DNA of 32,000 nucleotides from a cyanobacterium endosymbiont of Braarudosphaera bigelowii. Its GTDB lineage: Bacteria; Cyanobacteriota; Cyanobacteriia; Cyanobacteriales; Microcystaceae. Below the pieces are notes generated by a model, which did not search any database, was not told the DNA's origin, and was given only the letters and a program-made list of their open reading frames with translations. A program made the translations under genes and the position numbers. Below, piece by piece: positions 9,896-18,852 of this stretch (the first letter of the stretch is position 1; each line of letters opens with the position of its first letter). Location of the stretch: contig NZ_AP024987.1 in the NCBI RefSeq assembly GCF_020885515.1, positions 1,350,001-1,382,000 on the forward strand, in the 5' to 3' direction.

Positions 9896-10993
9896 ATGCA
9901 AAAATACTCTCAGTTAATTATCAATCTATCATTATTGTTGTCAAAACCGACAGGAATAAGCAATTATGCTAGAAATATCTTTCCTCACTTAAAGTCCTTA
10001 AAACCAATATTATTAACCTCAAGAGAGTACGAAGAGTTTGACAACCACTTAATTCCTAATGATTTAACACCAGAACAAGGTACGATAGGTCACATTAAGC
10101 GTTTATTGTGGACACAGTTTAAATTACCAAAAATTTATCAAAAACTTAATTCGTCACTTTTATTTTCTCCAGCTCCTGAAATTCCTTTATGGAGTTCTTG
10201 TAGATCAGTTGTTGTAGTACATGATCTAATACCATTACGCTTCCCTAATAAAAAATCGCCATTACACCCTTATTTTAAATATTATATTCCTAAAGTTTTA
10301 CAACAAGCAGAACATATTATTTGTAACTCTCAAGCAACTGCTAAAGATATTCATGAAATATTAAATATTCCTAGTTATAAAATTACGCCTATTTTGCTTG
10401 CTTACGATAAAAAGCATTTTCGTTTGTTAAATTCAAATCAGAACAAAAATAAGTCTAATATTCCTTATTTTCTCTATCTAGGACGTCATGATCCTCATAA
10501 GAATATTACTAGTATATTAAAAGCTTTTTCTAAATTAAAAGATTATAAAAGTTATGAACTATGGTTGGTTGGTCCTAAAGATAAAAGGTACACCTTACAA
10601 CTCCAAATTTTAGCTAAAGAACTAGGAATTAGTAAACAATTAAAAGTTCTCGATTATGTTTCATATCAAGAATTACCGCTACTGTTGAACGAAGCATTGG
10701 CTTTAGTATTTCCTTCTTTATGGGAAGGTTTTGGTTTTCCAGTTTTAGAAGCAATGGCCTGCGGAACTCCTGTCATCACTTCTAATATTTCTTCCCTGCC
10801 TGAAGTTACAGGAGATGCTGCCTTACTTATTAATCCTTATGTATCTAAAGAAATTACCTATGCCATGGAACAAATTATTACAGATAATAGTTTAAGATCA
10901 CAACTAAAAATATTAGGCTTAAAAAGAGCTAAAGCTTTTAGCTGGAAAAATACAGGAGAAAAAACCTTGGCAATCTTAGCAAATTTTTTGTAA
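9896..10993 (+). CDS. Glycosyltransferase family 4 (GT-B), paralogue-like to the preceding gene
   Basis: PSLWEGFGFPVLEAMACGTPVITSNISSLPEVTGDAALLINP and an N-terminal KPTGISNY segment. The domain layout matches 8650-9825. Confidence 0.9.
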   Translation: MQKYSQLIINLSLLLSKPTGISNYARNIFPHLKSLKPILLTSREYEEFDNHLIPNDLTPEQGTIGHIKRLLWTQFKLPKIYQKLNSSLLFSPAPEIPLWSSCRSVVVVHDLIPLRFPNKKSPLHPYFKYYIPKVLQQAEHIICNSQATAKDIHEILNIPSYKITPILLAYDKKHFRLLNSNQNKNKSNIPYFLYLGRHDPHKNITSILKAFSKLKDYKSYELWLVGPKDKRYTLQLQILAKELGISKQLKVLDYVSYQELPLLLNEALALVFPSLWEGFGFPVLEAMACGTPVITSNISSLPEVTGDAALLINPYVSKEITYAMEQIITDNSLRSQLKILGLKRAKAFSWKNTGEKTLAILANFL

Positions 10994-11030
10994 GCTACAT
11001 CATAAGAAGTAATTGGAGTTAAAAAGTCAT

Positions 11031-12113
11031 ATGGAAATTGGTGTTCCTAAAGAAATTAAAGATCAAGAATTTCGTGTAGGGTTAAACCCTAGTAGTGTAA
11101 AAGTTTTATGTAGTCAGGGACACCAAGTTTTTATAGAAACGTCTGCGGGGGAAGGTTCTAGTTTTTCTGATCAAGATTATAAAAAAGTAGGTGCTAAGAT
11201 TTCCGATAGAAAATCTATATGGAATAAAGAATTAATAGTAAAAGTTAAAGAGCCTCTAGTTGAGGAATATCAATATTTTAAAAAAAATCAGATACTTTTT
11301 ACTTATTTACATTTGGCAGCTAATAGACCGCTTACGGAAGCCCTTGTTAAGTCAGGAATAACTGCCATAGCTTATGAAACAGTTGCAATGGAGGATGGAA
11401 AGCTTCCATTGCTAACTCCTATGAGCATTATTGCTGGACGCTTATCAATACAAATTGGTGCAAGATATTTAGAAAAGCAGCAAGGAGGACGAGGAATCTT
11501 ATTAGGAGGTATTCCTGGAGTATCATCTGCTCAAGTAGTTATATTAGGGGGTGGCGTAGTAGGTTCAGAAGCAGCTCGTATTGCTTTAGGAATGGGAGCT
11601 AAGGTACAAATTTTCGATATTAATGTTGAACGGCTAAGATATTTAGAAACAATTTTTGGCTCACGTGTAGAGTTACTCCATAGTAATATTTATGAAATAG
11701 AAAAGATGATACCTAAAGCCGATTTATTAATTGGTGCTGTATTAATTCCTGGAAGACGTGCCCCAATTTTGGTTCCTAGTGAATTAGTATCTAGAATGAG
11801 CCCAGGATCAGTTATTATTGATGTAGCTGTCGATCAAGGGGGTTGTATTGAGACTTTAAAAACGACTTCTCATAGTTCACCTACCTATTTAGAACATGGA
11901 ATAGTTCACTTTGGAGTTCCTAACATGCCTGGAGCTGTTCCTTGGACAGCTACACAGGCATTAAACAATAGTACTTTACCTTATGTTTCAAAATTAGCTA
12001 ACTATGGATTAGAGGCCCTAAAAAAAGACACTAGCTTGGAAAAAGGTTTAAATGTCAAGGATAAATCTATAATTTATCCAGCGTTAAAAGAAATTTTTAA
12101 TGATATTCATTGA
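11031..12113 (+). CDS. ald: Alanine dehydrogenase
   Basis: MEIGVPKEIKDQEFRVGL N-terminus, the NAD motif VVILGGGVVGSEAAR and VDVAVDQGGC. ATG 11031 is preferred over the TTG at 11013 because Ald proteins normally begin M-x-IGVPKEIK. Confidence 0.9.
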   Translation: MEIGVPKEIKDQEFRVGLNPSSVKVLCSQGHQVFIETSAGEGSSFSDQDYKKVGAKISDRKSIWNKELIVKVKEPLVEEYQYFKKNQILFTYLHLAANRPLTEALVKSGITAIAYETVAMEDGKLPLLTPMSIIAGRLSIQIGARYLEKQQGGRGILLGGIPGVSSAQVVILGGGVVGSEAARIALGMGAKVQIFDINVERLRYLETIFGSRVELLHSNIYEIEKMIPKADLLIGAVLIPGRRAPILVPSELVSRMSPGSVIIDVAVDQGGCIETLKTTSHSSPTYLEHGIVHFGVPNMPGAVPWTATQALNNSTLPYVSKLANYGLEALKKDTSLEKGLNVKDKSIIYPALKEIFNDIH

Positions 12114-12129
12114 AATCTATAATATTCTC

Positions 12130-14562
12130 CTATTTCAGATATGTTACTGTAACACCATCTCCTCCTTCCCTTTGAGGTGCTAATTTGAAATTTTTAATCT
12201 GCGGATGTATTTTCAAAAATTCATGGACTCCTTGACGCAGTTTACCAGTACCTTTTCCATGAATAATCCATAAAATTCCAATTTTGGTAGCTTTAGCAAT
12301 TGCTTCTTCTAAGCTTGCTTCAGCTTCAAATATTCTCATACCACGAATATCGAGAGTATTATCATCTGTTCTAATATTGTGTACATTTTCAGTATTGATT
12401 GATCGAGTGTCTTGCTTCTGTAATGATTGTTTTCTAGTATTTAGTATGTTTATTTTTTTACCATCTAATGACTCGATATCTGTAAATAATATTTTCATTG
12501 TCATCAATCCGAAGCGAACAATTACTTCTTCATTCTCAGCAATAACATCTAATACTTGCGCAGTCTGACCAAATTTAATGATCTTAATTTTTTCTCCAAT
12601 TTTAGGACAGTAAGAAGAAACATTCCTTTTAGTTTGAGGAAGTTTCTCTTTGGAAATATTTGTAATCTTTTCAGTCGCTTTTAACGCTTTTTGACTAGTT
12701 TTTTCTCCTTGTTGTAGATGCCTAATTACTTGGGCAATCTCCTCTTTAGCTTTAGTGATAGCTTTTTTAGTTTCTTTTTCTTGAAAATTTTTAAGATCTT
12801 GCTCTCTTTCTTTTAGAATAGCAGCTTTATATGATACTTCAGTGTAAAAGTTTTTAGCTTGTTTTAATAACTCTTGCGCTTCGTTAGCTTTTAACTCTTG
12901 TTTTCTTCGTTGTTCTTCTAAGCCTAAGATTATATCATTAACGTTTTGAGACTGCTCTCCAATAATATTCTTGGCTGCCTGTAGGATATTAATGTCTAGA
13001 CCAAGGTTTTGAGCAATACTAAGGGCGTTAGAACGTCCTGGGATGCCCCATAATAGATGGTAAGTTGGAGAAAAAGTTTTATCGTTAAATTCGACTGAAG
13101 CATTTTCAAACCTTGAATCTCGATATTTTAAAGCTTTAAGTTCCCCATAATGTGTTGTGGCAATTGTTAACAGGGCATGGTTTGCTAAATAGTCTAAAAG
13201 TGAGATTGCTAAAGCACTACCTTCAGTAGGATCAGTGCCTGCTCCTACTTCATCTAAAAGTACTAAGCTTGAAGAGTGTTTAAGACTATCTGATATTTCT
13301 GGATCTTTTGATGTGGAGACATTAGATACAACTTTAAGAATAAGGATAATACGACGAATATGACTAGAGAAAGTAGATAGGTTTTGTATTATAGATTGTT
13401 CATCTCCAATATCGGCTAATACATTTTTAAACCAAGGTAATCTAACAGGACTTTCTGCAGGTATTAATAAGCCCACTTTAGCCATCAAGGCAGCTAATCC
13501 TAGAGTTTTTAGTGTAACAGTTTTCCCTCCTGTATTTGGTCCAGTAATAGAAACTACATTAGTCTTAGAATTAATTTGAATATCTATAGGAATTACTGGT
13601 GATCCTTGTTGATTTTTTTGTTGCCAAATCAATAACGGATGATATAGTTTTCGGAGAATTATTGTTTCTCCTGTTTTAATAAACTTAGGAATGTTTCCGC
13701 CTAACCATAAACCATAGCGAGCTTTGGCTGTTGCTAAATCTAGTTTCCCTATTACTTCAACAAGGTACTCCAAAGACTCTGCTACTTCAGCTATTTTTTC
13801 AGTTAATTGTCTCAGAATGATTACTTCTTCTATTTTTTCTTGTCGTAGATATTGGCAATACTTATTACCAATATCTACAATAAAACTCGGTTCTACATAA
13901 ACTGTCATACCAGTATTAGAAGTATCATGAACAATACCTGAAATCTGGTCTTTTTGTAAGGTTTTTACAGGAATAACAAAGCGATTATTCCTTTGAGTAA
14001 TAACGTTCTCTTGAATAGCTCCTTCTTTCCTATTCATAATACTTTGAAGCTTTTGATAAATTTCGCTGCGTAATTCTCTAAGTAAAAATCTGATTTTACT
14101 TAATTTTGAGCTAGCATGCTCAGCTATATCTCCACTTTCTTCAAGGCAATAACGTATTGTCTGTTCTAGTTCGGGATAAGTTTTAACGTTATTAACTAAT
14201 TTTTTTAAATTGAGCAATTGTGATTCTTCATAACCACTGATTATTTTTTTTAATCTTCTAACTCTATCTAATGTAGTTGCAATACTTAATAAATCTTTCC
14301 CAAAGAGATATCCACCTAGAGTAGCTATTTTTACAAAGTCTCTGATATCTACTATTCCCTCAAATACTAACTTTATTTTAGGATCTTGTTCTAAGTAATA
14401 AATTTCTTCAGTTTGCGACAATAATTCCTGACTTTCTAGTAGCAATTCAGGAATTACTAAATTCTGAGCCGCAGTTATTCCCATTTTAGTCGTTGCAAAA
14501 GTGGCTAGATGCTCACATAAACGATGCCATTCTAAAAGCTTTAAAGTTTCTTGATGAATCAA
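12130..14562 (-). CDS. mutS2: Endonuclease MutS2 (MutS domain V ATPase plus C-terminal Smr domain)
   Basis: Walker A GPNTGGKTVTLKTLG, DEVGAGTDPTEG, and a C-terminal Smr domain (LDIRGMR...IIHGKGTGKLR). The only start giving the conserved N-terminus MIHQETLKLLEW is TTG at 14560-14562. Confidence 0.9.
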   Translation of the reverse strand: MIHQETLKLLEWHRLCEHLATFATTKMGITAAQNLVIPELLLESQELLSQTEEIYYLEQDPKIKLVFEGIVDIRDFVKIATLGGYLFGKDLLSIATTLDRVRRLKKIISGYEESQLLNLKKLVNNVKTYPELEQTIRYCLEESGDIAEHASSKLSKIRFLLRELRSEIYQKLQSIMNRKEGAIQENVITQRNNRFVIPVKTLQKDQISGIVHDTSNTGMTVYVEPSFIVDIGNKYCQYLRQEKIEEVIILRQLTEKIAEVAESLEYLVEVIGKLDLATAKARYGLWLGGNIPKFIKTGETIILRKLYHPLLIWQQKNQQGSPVIPIDIQINSKTNVVSITGPNTGGKTVTLKTLGLAALMAKVGLLIPAESPVRLPWFKNVLADIGDEQSIIQNLSTFSSHIRRIILILKVVSNVSTSKDPEISDSLKHSSSLVLLDEVGAGTDPTEGSALAISLLDYLANHALLTIATTHYGELKALKYRDSRFENASVEFNDKTFSPTYHLLWGIPGRSNALSIAQNLGLDINILQAAKNIIGEQSQNVNDIILGLEEQRRKQELKANEAQELLKQAKNFYTEVSYKAAILKEREQDLKNFQEKETKKAITKAKEEIAQVIRHLQQGEKTSQKALKATEKITNISKEKLPQTKRNVSSYCPKIGEKIKIIKFGQTAQVLDVIAENEEVIVRFGLMTMKILFTDIESLDGKKINILNTRKQSLQKQDTRSINTENVHNIRTDDNTLDIRGMRIFEAEASLEEAIAKATKIGILWIIHGKGTGKLRQGVHEFLKIHPQIKNFKLAPQREGGDGVTVTYLK

Positions 14563-14771
14563 TTCTAGATATTTTGTATAAATAAATGCTAAGAACTATC
14601 TTAAAGTGATAATTAGACTTTGAACTATATAAAAATAATTTTTACTTACTTAATAGTTTAGGTAATACAATTACTACCTACAGCTGCCTTGAAAATTATA
14701 GTGACTATAACTAAGAATAGCTTGATTGATATATAAAAAATATACCACCTAAGACTCTCCTTAAATTAGTT

Positions 14772-14797
14772 ATAAAGCTTTAGAATAAAAGCTTTAT
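14772..14797 (-). terminator. Weak AT-rich hairpin just 3' of tRNA-Glu
   Basis: ATAAAGCTTT / AAAGCTTTAT, a 10-bp stem with a 6-nt loop, lies 8 nt downstream of the tRNA 3' end. Each arm contains the palindrome AAAGCTTT. There is no clear U-tract, so the role is uncertain. Confidence 0.25.
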
Positions 14798-14805
14798 GAT
14801 TTTGA

Positions 14806-14878
14806 TACCCCCAAGGGAATTTGAATCCCTGTCGCCTCCGTGAAAGGGAGGTGTCCTAGGCCACTAGACGATGGGGGC
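14806..14878 (-). tRNA. trnE: tRNA-Glu (anticodon UUC)
   Basis: 73-nt hand-folded cloverleaf: acceptor GCCCCCA/TGGGGGT with a G1-U72 wobble, anticodon stem CCTCC/GGAGG with loop CTTTCAC, T arm AGGGA-TTCAAAT-TCCCT, discriminator A. G1-U72 and the overall sequence resemble plastid/cyanobacterial tRNA-Glu, which also feeds tetrapyrrole synthesis. Confidence 0.95.
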
Positions 14879-14899
14879 TTGTGTATTAACCACTTAATA

Positions 14900-14928
14900 A
14901 TAATAACAAGAGTTTTTACAGGTGTCAA
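14900..14928 (-). promoter_or_regulatory. Putative sigma70-type promoter of tRNA-Glu (TTGACA-17 nt-TATTAT)
   Basis: On the minus strand a perfect -35 TTGACA is at 14923-14928, followed by a 17-nt spacer and -10 TATTAT at 14900-14905, 21 nt before the mature tRNA 5' end. Confidence 0.45.
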
Positions 14929-15159
14929 TACTTAGATATTTTTTCTTATGCTGAAATAATTCAATACATAACATTTTTATATTACTGAATTGAAAACACT
15001 ACTTAGCTGATTAGATCATTAATTTCTTAATTAAGACGTTGACAAATATATTTCTGTTAAAATTGATCTAATTTTAAAGTGATGACTATCATACAATTAT
15101 TAAATTTTTTCATGAGAATAAATAATTAAATAATAATAGAACAAATCGTAAATTAATTT

Positions 15160-16083
15160 ATGTCTATATTTGATTGGTTTGCTAAACAAGAAAAATCAGA
15201 ACCACCCATACAACAAAAAAAACATAAGGAAAGAGAAATTGCTGATGGTCTATGGACAAAATGTGAGGCATGTGGCACATTGACTTATGCAAAAGACCTT
15301 AAGACCAATCAACTTGTATGCAAAGAGTGCGGCTATCATTTTCGCATGGAAAGTTCAGAACGTATTATTCAATTAATCGACAATAACACTTGGAAACCTT
15401 TATCTGAAATGCTTTCTCCTATAGATCCTTTAAAGTTTTGTGATCGGAAGCTTTATAGTGATCGTATTAAAGATACCCAAAAGAAAACAGGATTAATAGA
15501 TGCAGTTCAAACAGGAACGGGATTAATTGATGGTCTACCTGTAGCACTGGGAGTTATGGATTTTCATTTTATGGGAGGTAGTATGGGATCTGTAGTAGGA
15601 GAAAAATTATGCCGACTTATAGAAAACGCTACAAAGAGAAGATTTCCTGTAGTTATTTTTTGTGCTTCTGGTGGAGCTAGGATGCAAGAGGGTATGCTGA
15701 GTTTAATGCAGATGGCTAAGATTTCTGGAGCTTTAGAGAGACATAGAAATGCAAAACTTCTTTATATTTCTGTATTAACTCATCCTACAACGGGAGGGGT
15801 TACTGCAAGCTTTGCAATGTTAGGTGATATAATTCTTGCAGAACCTAATGCAACAATTGGTTTTGCTGGCAAAAGAGTTATTGAGCAAACTTTAAGAGAA
15901 AAACTACCTGACGGATTCCAGACGTCTGAATATTTACTAAAGCATGGATTTGTAGATTCTATTATCTCTCGTACTCAACAGAAAAAAATACTATCTCAAT
16001 TGATCAGTATACACCAACCTTTTTCACCAGTTCTTCCATTATTTAATACCAATAGTGATAATTATTTAAACAACGATTTTTAA
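15160..16083 (+). CDS. accD: Acetyl-CoA carboxylase carboxyltransferase beta subunit
   Basis: N-terminal zinc ribbon [26 protein letters not shown], then [12 protein letters not shown] and the carboxyltransferase core. Confidence 0.95.
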   Translation: MSIFDWFAKQEKSEPPIQQKKHKEREIADGLWTKCEACGTLTYAKDLKTNQLVCKECGYHFRMESSERIIQLIDNNTWKPLSEMLSPIDPLKFCDRKLYSDRIKDTQKKTGLIDAVQTGTGLIDGLPVALGVMDFHFMGGSMGSVVGEKLCRLIENATKRRFPVVIFCASGGARMQEGMLSLMQMAKISGALERHRNAKLLYISVLTHPTTGGVTASFAMLGDIILAEPNATIGFAGKRVIEQTLREKLPDGFQTSEYLLKHGFVDSIISRTQQKKILSQLISIHQPFSPVLPLFNTNSDNYLNNDF

Positions 16084-16854
16084 AGTTAACAAATTTTTAC
16101 TAGAATAGTAAGCTATCTGATGGCAACTAAAACTGTATAAATCATAACGATTATTAATTAATATTTTCTTCATACTTATGAGAGTTTTTTAATAAAAGAA
16201 TAGCTCTTCCAGAAAATTCCATAAATTATTAAAAGAATTATTGCCTTAATTACTTTTATGCAAAATCAACTAGTTTTTTATCATAGCTTTATGTAGATTT
16301 TTATTAAGCTTTTAGTATTTAACAGCAATTACTTATATTTGTTGTTAATAATCTTAATTTTTAAAATATCAGTTAAATACTAGTCGATTTTAAACTAACA
16401 AACTTTTACCACATGCTGCTAAGATTTACCTGCTTAAGGAAGAATGAAAAATTATTCAAATCTGATCTCTAATACTCATCCTCCAATAAGAATTTTATGA
16501 ATTAAGTATTATTAAACTTTATTTACTTGTTTAATTACTAGGCGCTACAAGATGTAAGATAATAGTATAAATAAAAAATACTTGAAAGTTGCAAAATTTA
16601 CATTTTTGTTAGCTGAAAATAAGTAATTATTTATATTAAAAACTCAAAAAGAAAAGCTAAGATATCTTGTCTCAAAACTATTTAAGTAGAATATTGAGAT
16701 GTTACTTCTTCATCTTATGCTCCTAGCTCACTTGTAGGATAAAACTTAAGTAGTAATTACAGATTATTATTACTAATGATAATAGTCCTAATGATTTTTA
16801 TCATAGGAAATAAAAGATATCGATTTTGTTAGAAGATCTCGGAAATAATTATTG

Positions 16855-18840
16855 ATGAGCAGATCAAAATCGGTTTTAACAAAACTGTTACAAATTTTTC
16901 CTCAGTTACAGCCTCAAATGTATTTTAAGGCTTCTTTAACTGCTTTGTCTCATGCCATGGAAGATCAAGTACTTGCGGGAACTGAAAAACCATTAGTGAT
17001 TGCTAGCTTTCAAAGAGAACGATTCTATCGTCAAGAAGCTCAACGATATCGACGTATTGCCAATAAAACTGATCAAGTATATGTTTTGGCTGCTCCAGAA
17101 ACTGAATTCAAAAATAGTTCCCAGGATTACGAAACGATTGCTTTTGAATCAACAAATACCTTAAGTCAAGAGTGGCACCTGATTGTCATAGGGACGAACT
17201 ATGTTAGTTGCTTAATCTGTCAGGAAAAAGTCATACTAAATAATCAAGGCATAACCTCAGTTATTGATAATAATCGACGCTTTGAGGGTATATGGACTTT
17301 TAACCGTGAAGTAGCTCAGCAAGCAGCCGATATTCTTTTAAAAATAATTGTTAATCACTGTCCAGAATTAAGAAGCAAAATACAACAAGCACGCCAAAAA
17401 TATTTACCTCCTGATATCCTAAATCAAATAGTTGTTCGACAAAAAACTACAAACAATATCATTCACAATATAGAAAACAAAAATCCTGATCCATTTGTAC
17501 AAAGATTAGTTACTTATCTACAAGCTGGCCATTATAAATTAATTAAAGCTAATCGTTCGTTAGCAGCAAAAGAACATAAAGAAAGATTAATTAATTCTAT
17601 TACTACTGCTATTCGTTTATCTCTTAATCCTGATGAGATTCTACAAATTGCTGTTCAAAAACTAGGACAGGGACTGGGGATATGTAGATGTTTAGTTTAT
17701 CGTTGTAAAGAAACTGACTTCAAAGCTACTGTTGAGCATGAATTTCTTAATCAAGATATTCCATCAATTAAAGAACAAACCTGGTTTCTACATGATAATC
17801 CTTTATTTCAAGAAGTTATTAAATTACAAGAAGCCTTAACTATTGACAATGCTGCTAATGATCCTCGTATTACTAATAGTTGTAAAGAAAAAGAGAAATC
17901 TTTGCAAACTCTTGTAAGAAACTGTTCAATTTTATCTTGGATGTTAGCCCCTATTTTATACCAAGGTCAACTTTTAGGTATGTTGGAATTACACCATTGC
18001 GGACCTAAACCTATTTCTTGGAAAGAAGAAGATGTTACTTTTATTAATGCTATTACAACTCAAATTGGTGTTGCGTTAATTCAGGCAGAAGCCTATGCTC
18101 ATCTTCAAGATCTTAATGAGCAACTCGAGGCACTTGATTATACTCGTTCTAACTTAGTAGCTATTACAGGTCATGAACTTCGTACTCCATTGTCAACAAT
18201 CCAAGTTTGTTTAGAAAGTTTAACATTAGAACCTGATATGTCTCCAGATTTACGTCAGGTTATGTTAAATATTGCTCTGCAAGATGCTGAAAGAATGAGG
18301 AAATTAATACAAGATTTTTTAATTTTATCTAGGTTTGAAAGTGGACGATTTGAGTGGAATACAGAAGTATTAAATTTACATGAATGTCTAGAGTTATCAC
18401 TCAGTAATATTAAAGCTCGTTATAGAGGAAAACAAATTCCTCTAATTGAAGTTACAAATTTCTTAAATAGTGAGCTGCCTCTAGTAAAAGCAGATAGAGA
18501 GTGGTTGGGGGAAGTTTTAGCCAAATTATTAGACAATGCATGCAAATTTACCAGTAAAGAAGGAAGAATAACTATTATAGTTATTCGGAATAGTCTTCAT
18601 TACCTGAAAGTTACCATAGCTGATACTGGTAGAGGAATTGAGCCTAAACGGTTGGAGACAGTTTTTGAAAGATTCTATCAAGAAGAAGGAGCTTTAAGAC
18701 GCAGTATAGGCGGAACGGGTCTGGGATTAGCCATTTGTCGTCAAATAGTACAAGGTTGGGGTGGAAAAATTTGGGCAGAATCTAAAGGTAAAGAATATGG
18801 TAGTCAGTTTCATTTTACAGTTCCTATACATTTATCTTAA
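16855..18840 (+). CDS. Sensor histidine kinase: N-terminal DICT-like domain, GAF, HisKA, HATPase_c (no adjacent response regulator)
   Basis: H-box ITGHELRTPLSTI, N-box KLLDNACKFT, G1 IADTGRGI, G2 GGTGLGLAICRQIV. A GAF-like region precedes them (LSLNPDEILQ...LELHHCGPKPISW...IGVALIQAEAY). The N-terminal ~190 aa resembles the DICT sensory domain from recollection. ATG 16855 directly follows the TTG at 16852. Confidence 0.9.
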   Translation: MSRSKSVLTKLLQIFPQLQPQMYFKASLTALSHAMEDQVLAGTEKPLVIASFQRERFYRQEAQRYRRIANKTDQVYVLAAPETEFKNSSQDYETIAFESTNTLSQEWHLIVIGTNYVSCLICQEKVILNNQGITSVIDNNRRFEGIWTFNREVAQQAADILLKIIVNHCPELRSKIQQARQKYLPPDILNQIVVRQKTTNNIIHNIENKNPDPFVQRLVTYLQAGHYKLIKANRSLAAKEHKERLINSITTAIRLSLNPDEILQIAVQKLGQGLGICRCLVYRCKETDFKATVEHEFLNQDIPSIKEQTWFLHDNPLFQEVIKLQEALTIDNAANDPRITNSCKEKEKSLQTLVRNCSILSWMLAPILYQGQLLGMLELHHCGPKPISWKEEDVTFINAITTQIGVALIQAEAYAHLQDLNEQLEALDYTRSNLVAITGHELRTPLSTIQVCLESLTLEPDMSPDLRQVMLNIALQDAERMRKLIQDFLILSRFESGRFEWNTEVLNLHECLELSLSNIKARYRGKQIPLIEVTNFLNSELPLVKADREWLGEVLAKLLDNACKFTSKEGRITIIVIRNSLHYLKVTIADTGRGIEPKRLETVFERFYQEEGALRRSIGGTGLGLAICRQIVQGWGGKIWAESKGKEYGSQFHFTVPIHLS

Positions 18841-18852
18841 TAGTAATGCTTT

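Noticed and set aside
12284-12568. 94-aa plus-strand ORF inside mutS2
   Set aside because: It is antisense to the conserved Smr-domain region of mutS2, with no start context and no recognisable motif.
15039-15072. Perfect TTGACA 116 nt upstream of accD as a promoter -35 box
   Set aside because: No acceptable -10 hexamer lies at 16-18 nt spacing (ATTGAT/TTGATC at best), so I did not call a promoter.
16444-16500. 18-codon micro-ORF (MKNYSNLISNTHPPIRIL) with an AAGGA upstream in the accD-kinase spacer
   Set aside because: ORFs of this length arise by chance, and no conservation or function can be assessed from sequence alone.
16084-16854. Housekeeping ncRNAs (RNase P RNA, tmRNA, SRP RNA, 6S, Yfr1-like) or riboswitches in this and the other long spacers (21945-22450, 29598-30168, 30832-31347)
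   Set aside because: I found none of the conserved cores I know (for example GAGGAAAGTCC of RNase P, a GGGGCTG tmRNA 5' end, or ACTCCTCACAC of Yfr1). The spacers also lack the G+C-rich helices such RNAs show, even in AT-rich genomes. A covariance-model scan would be decisive.
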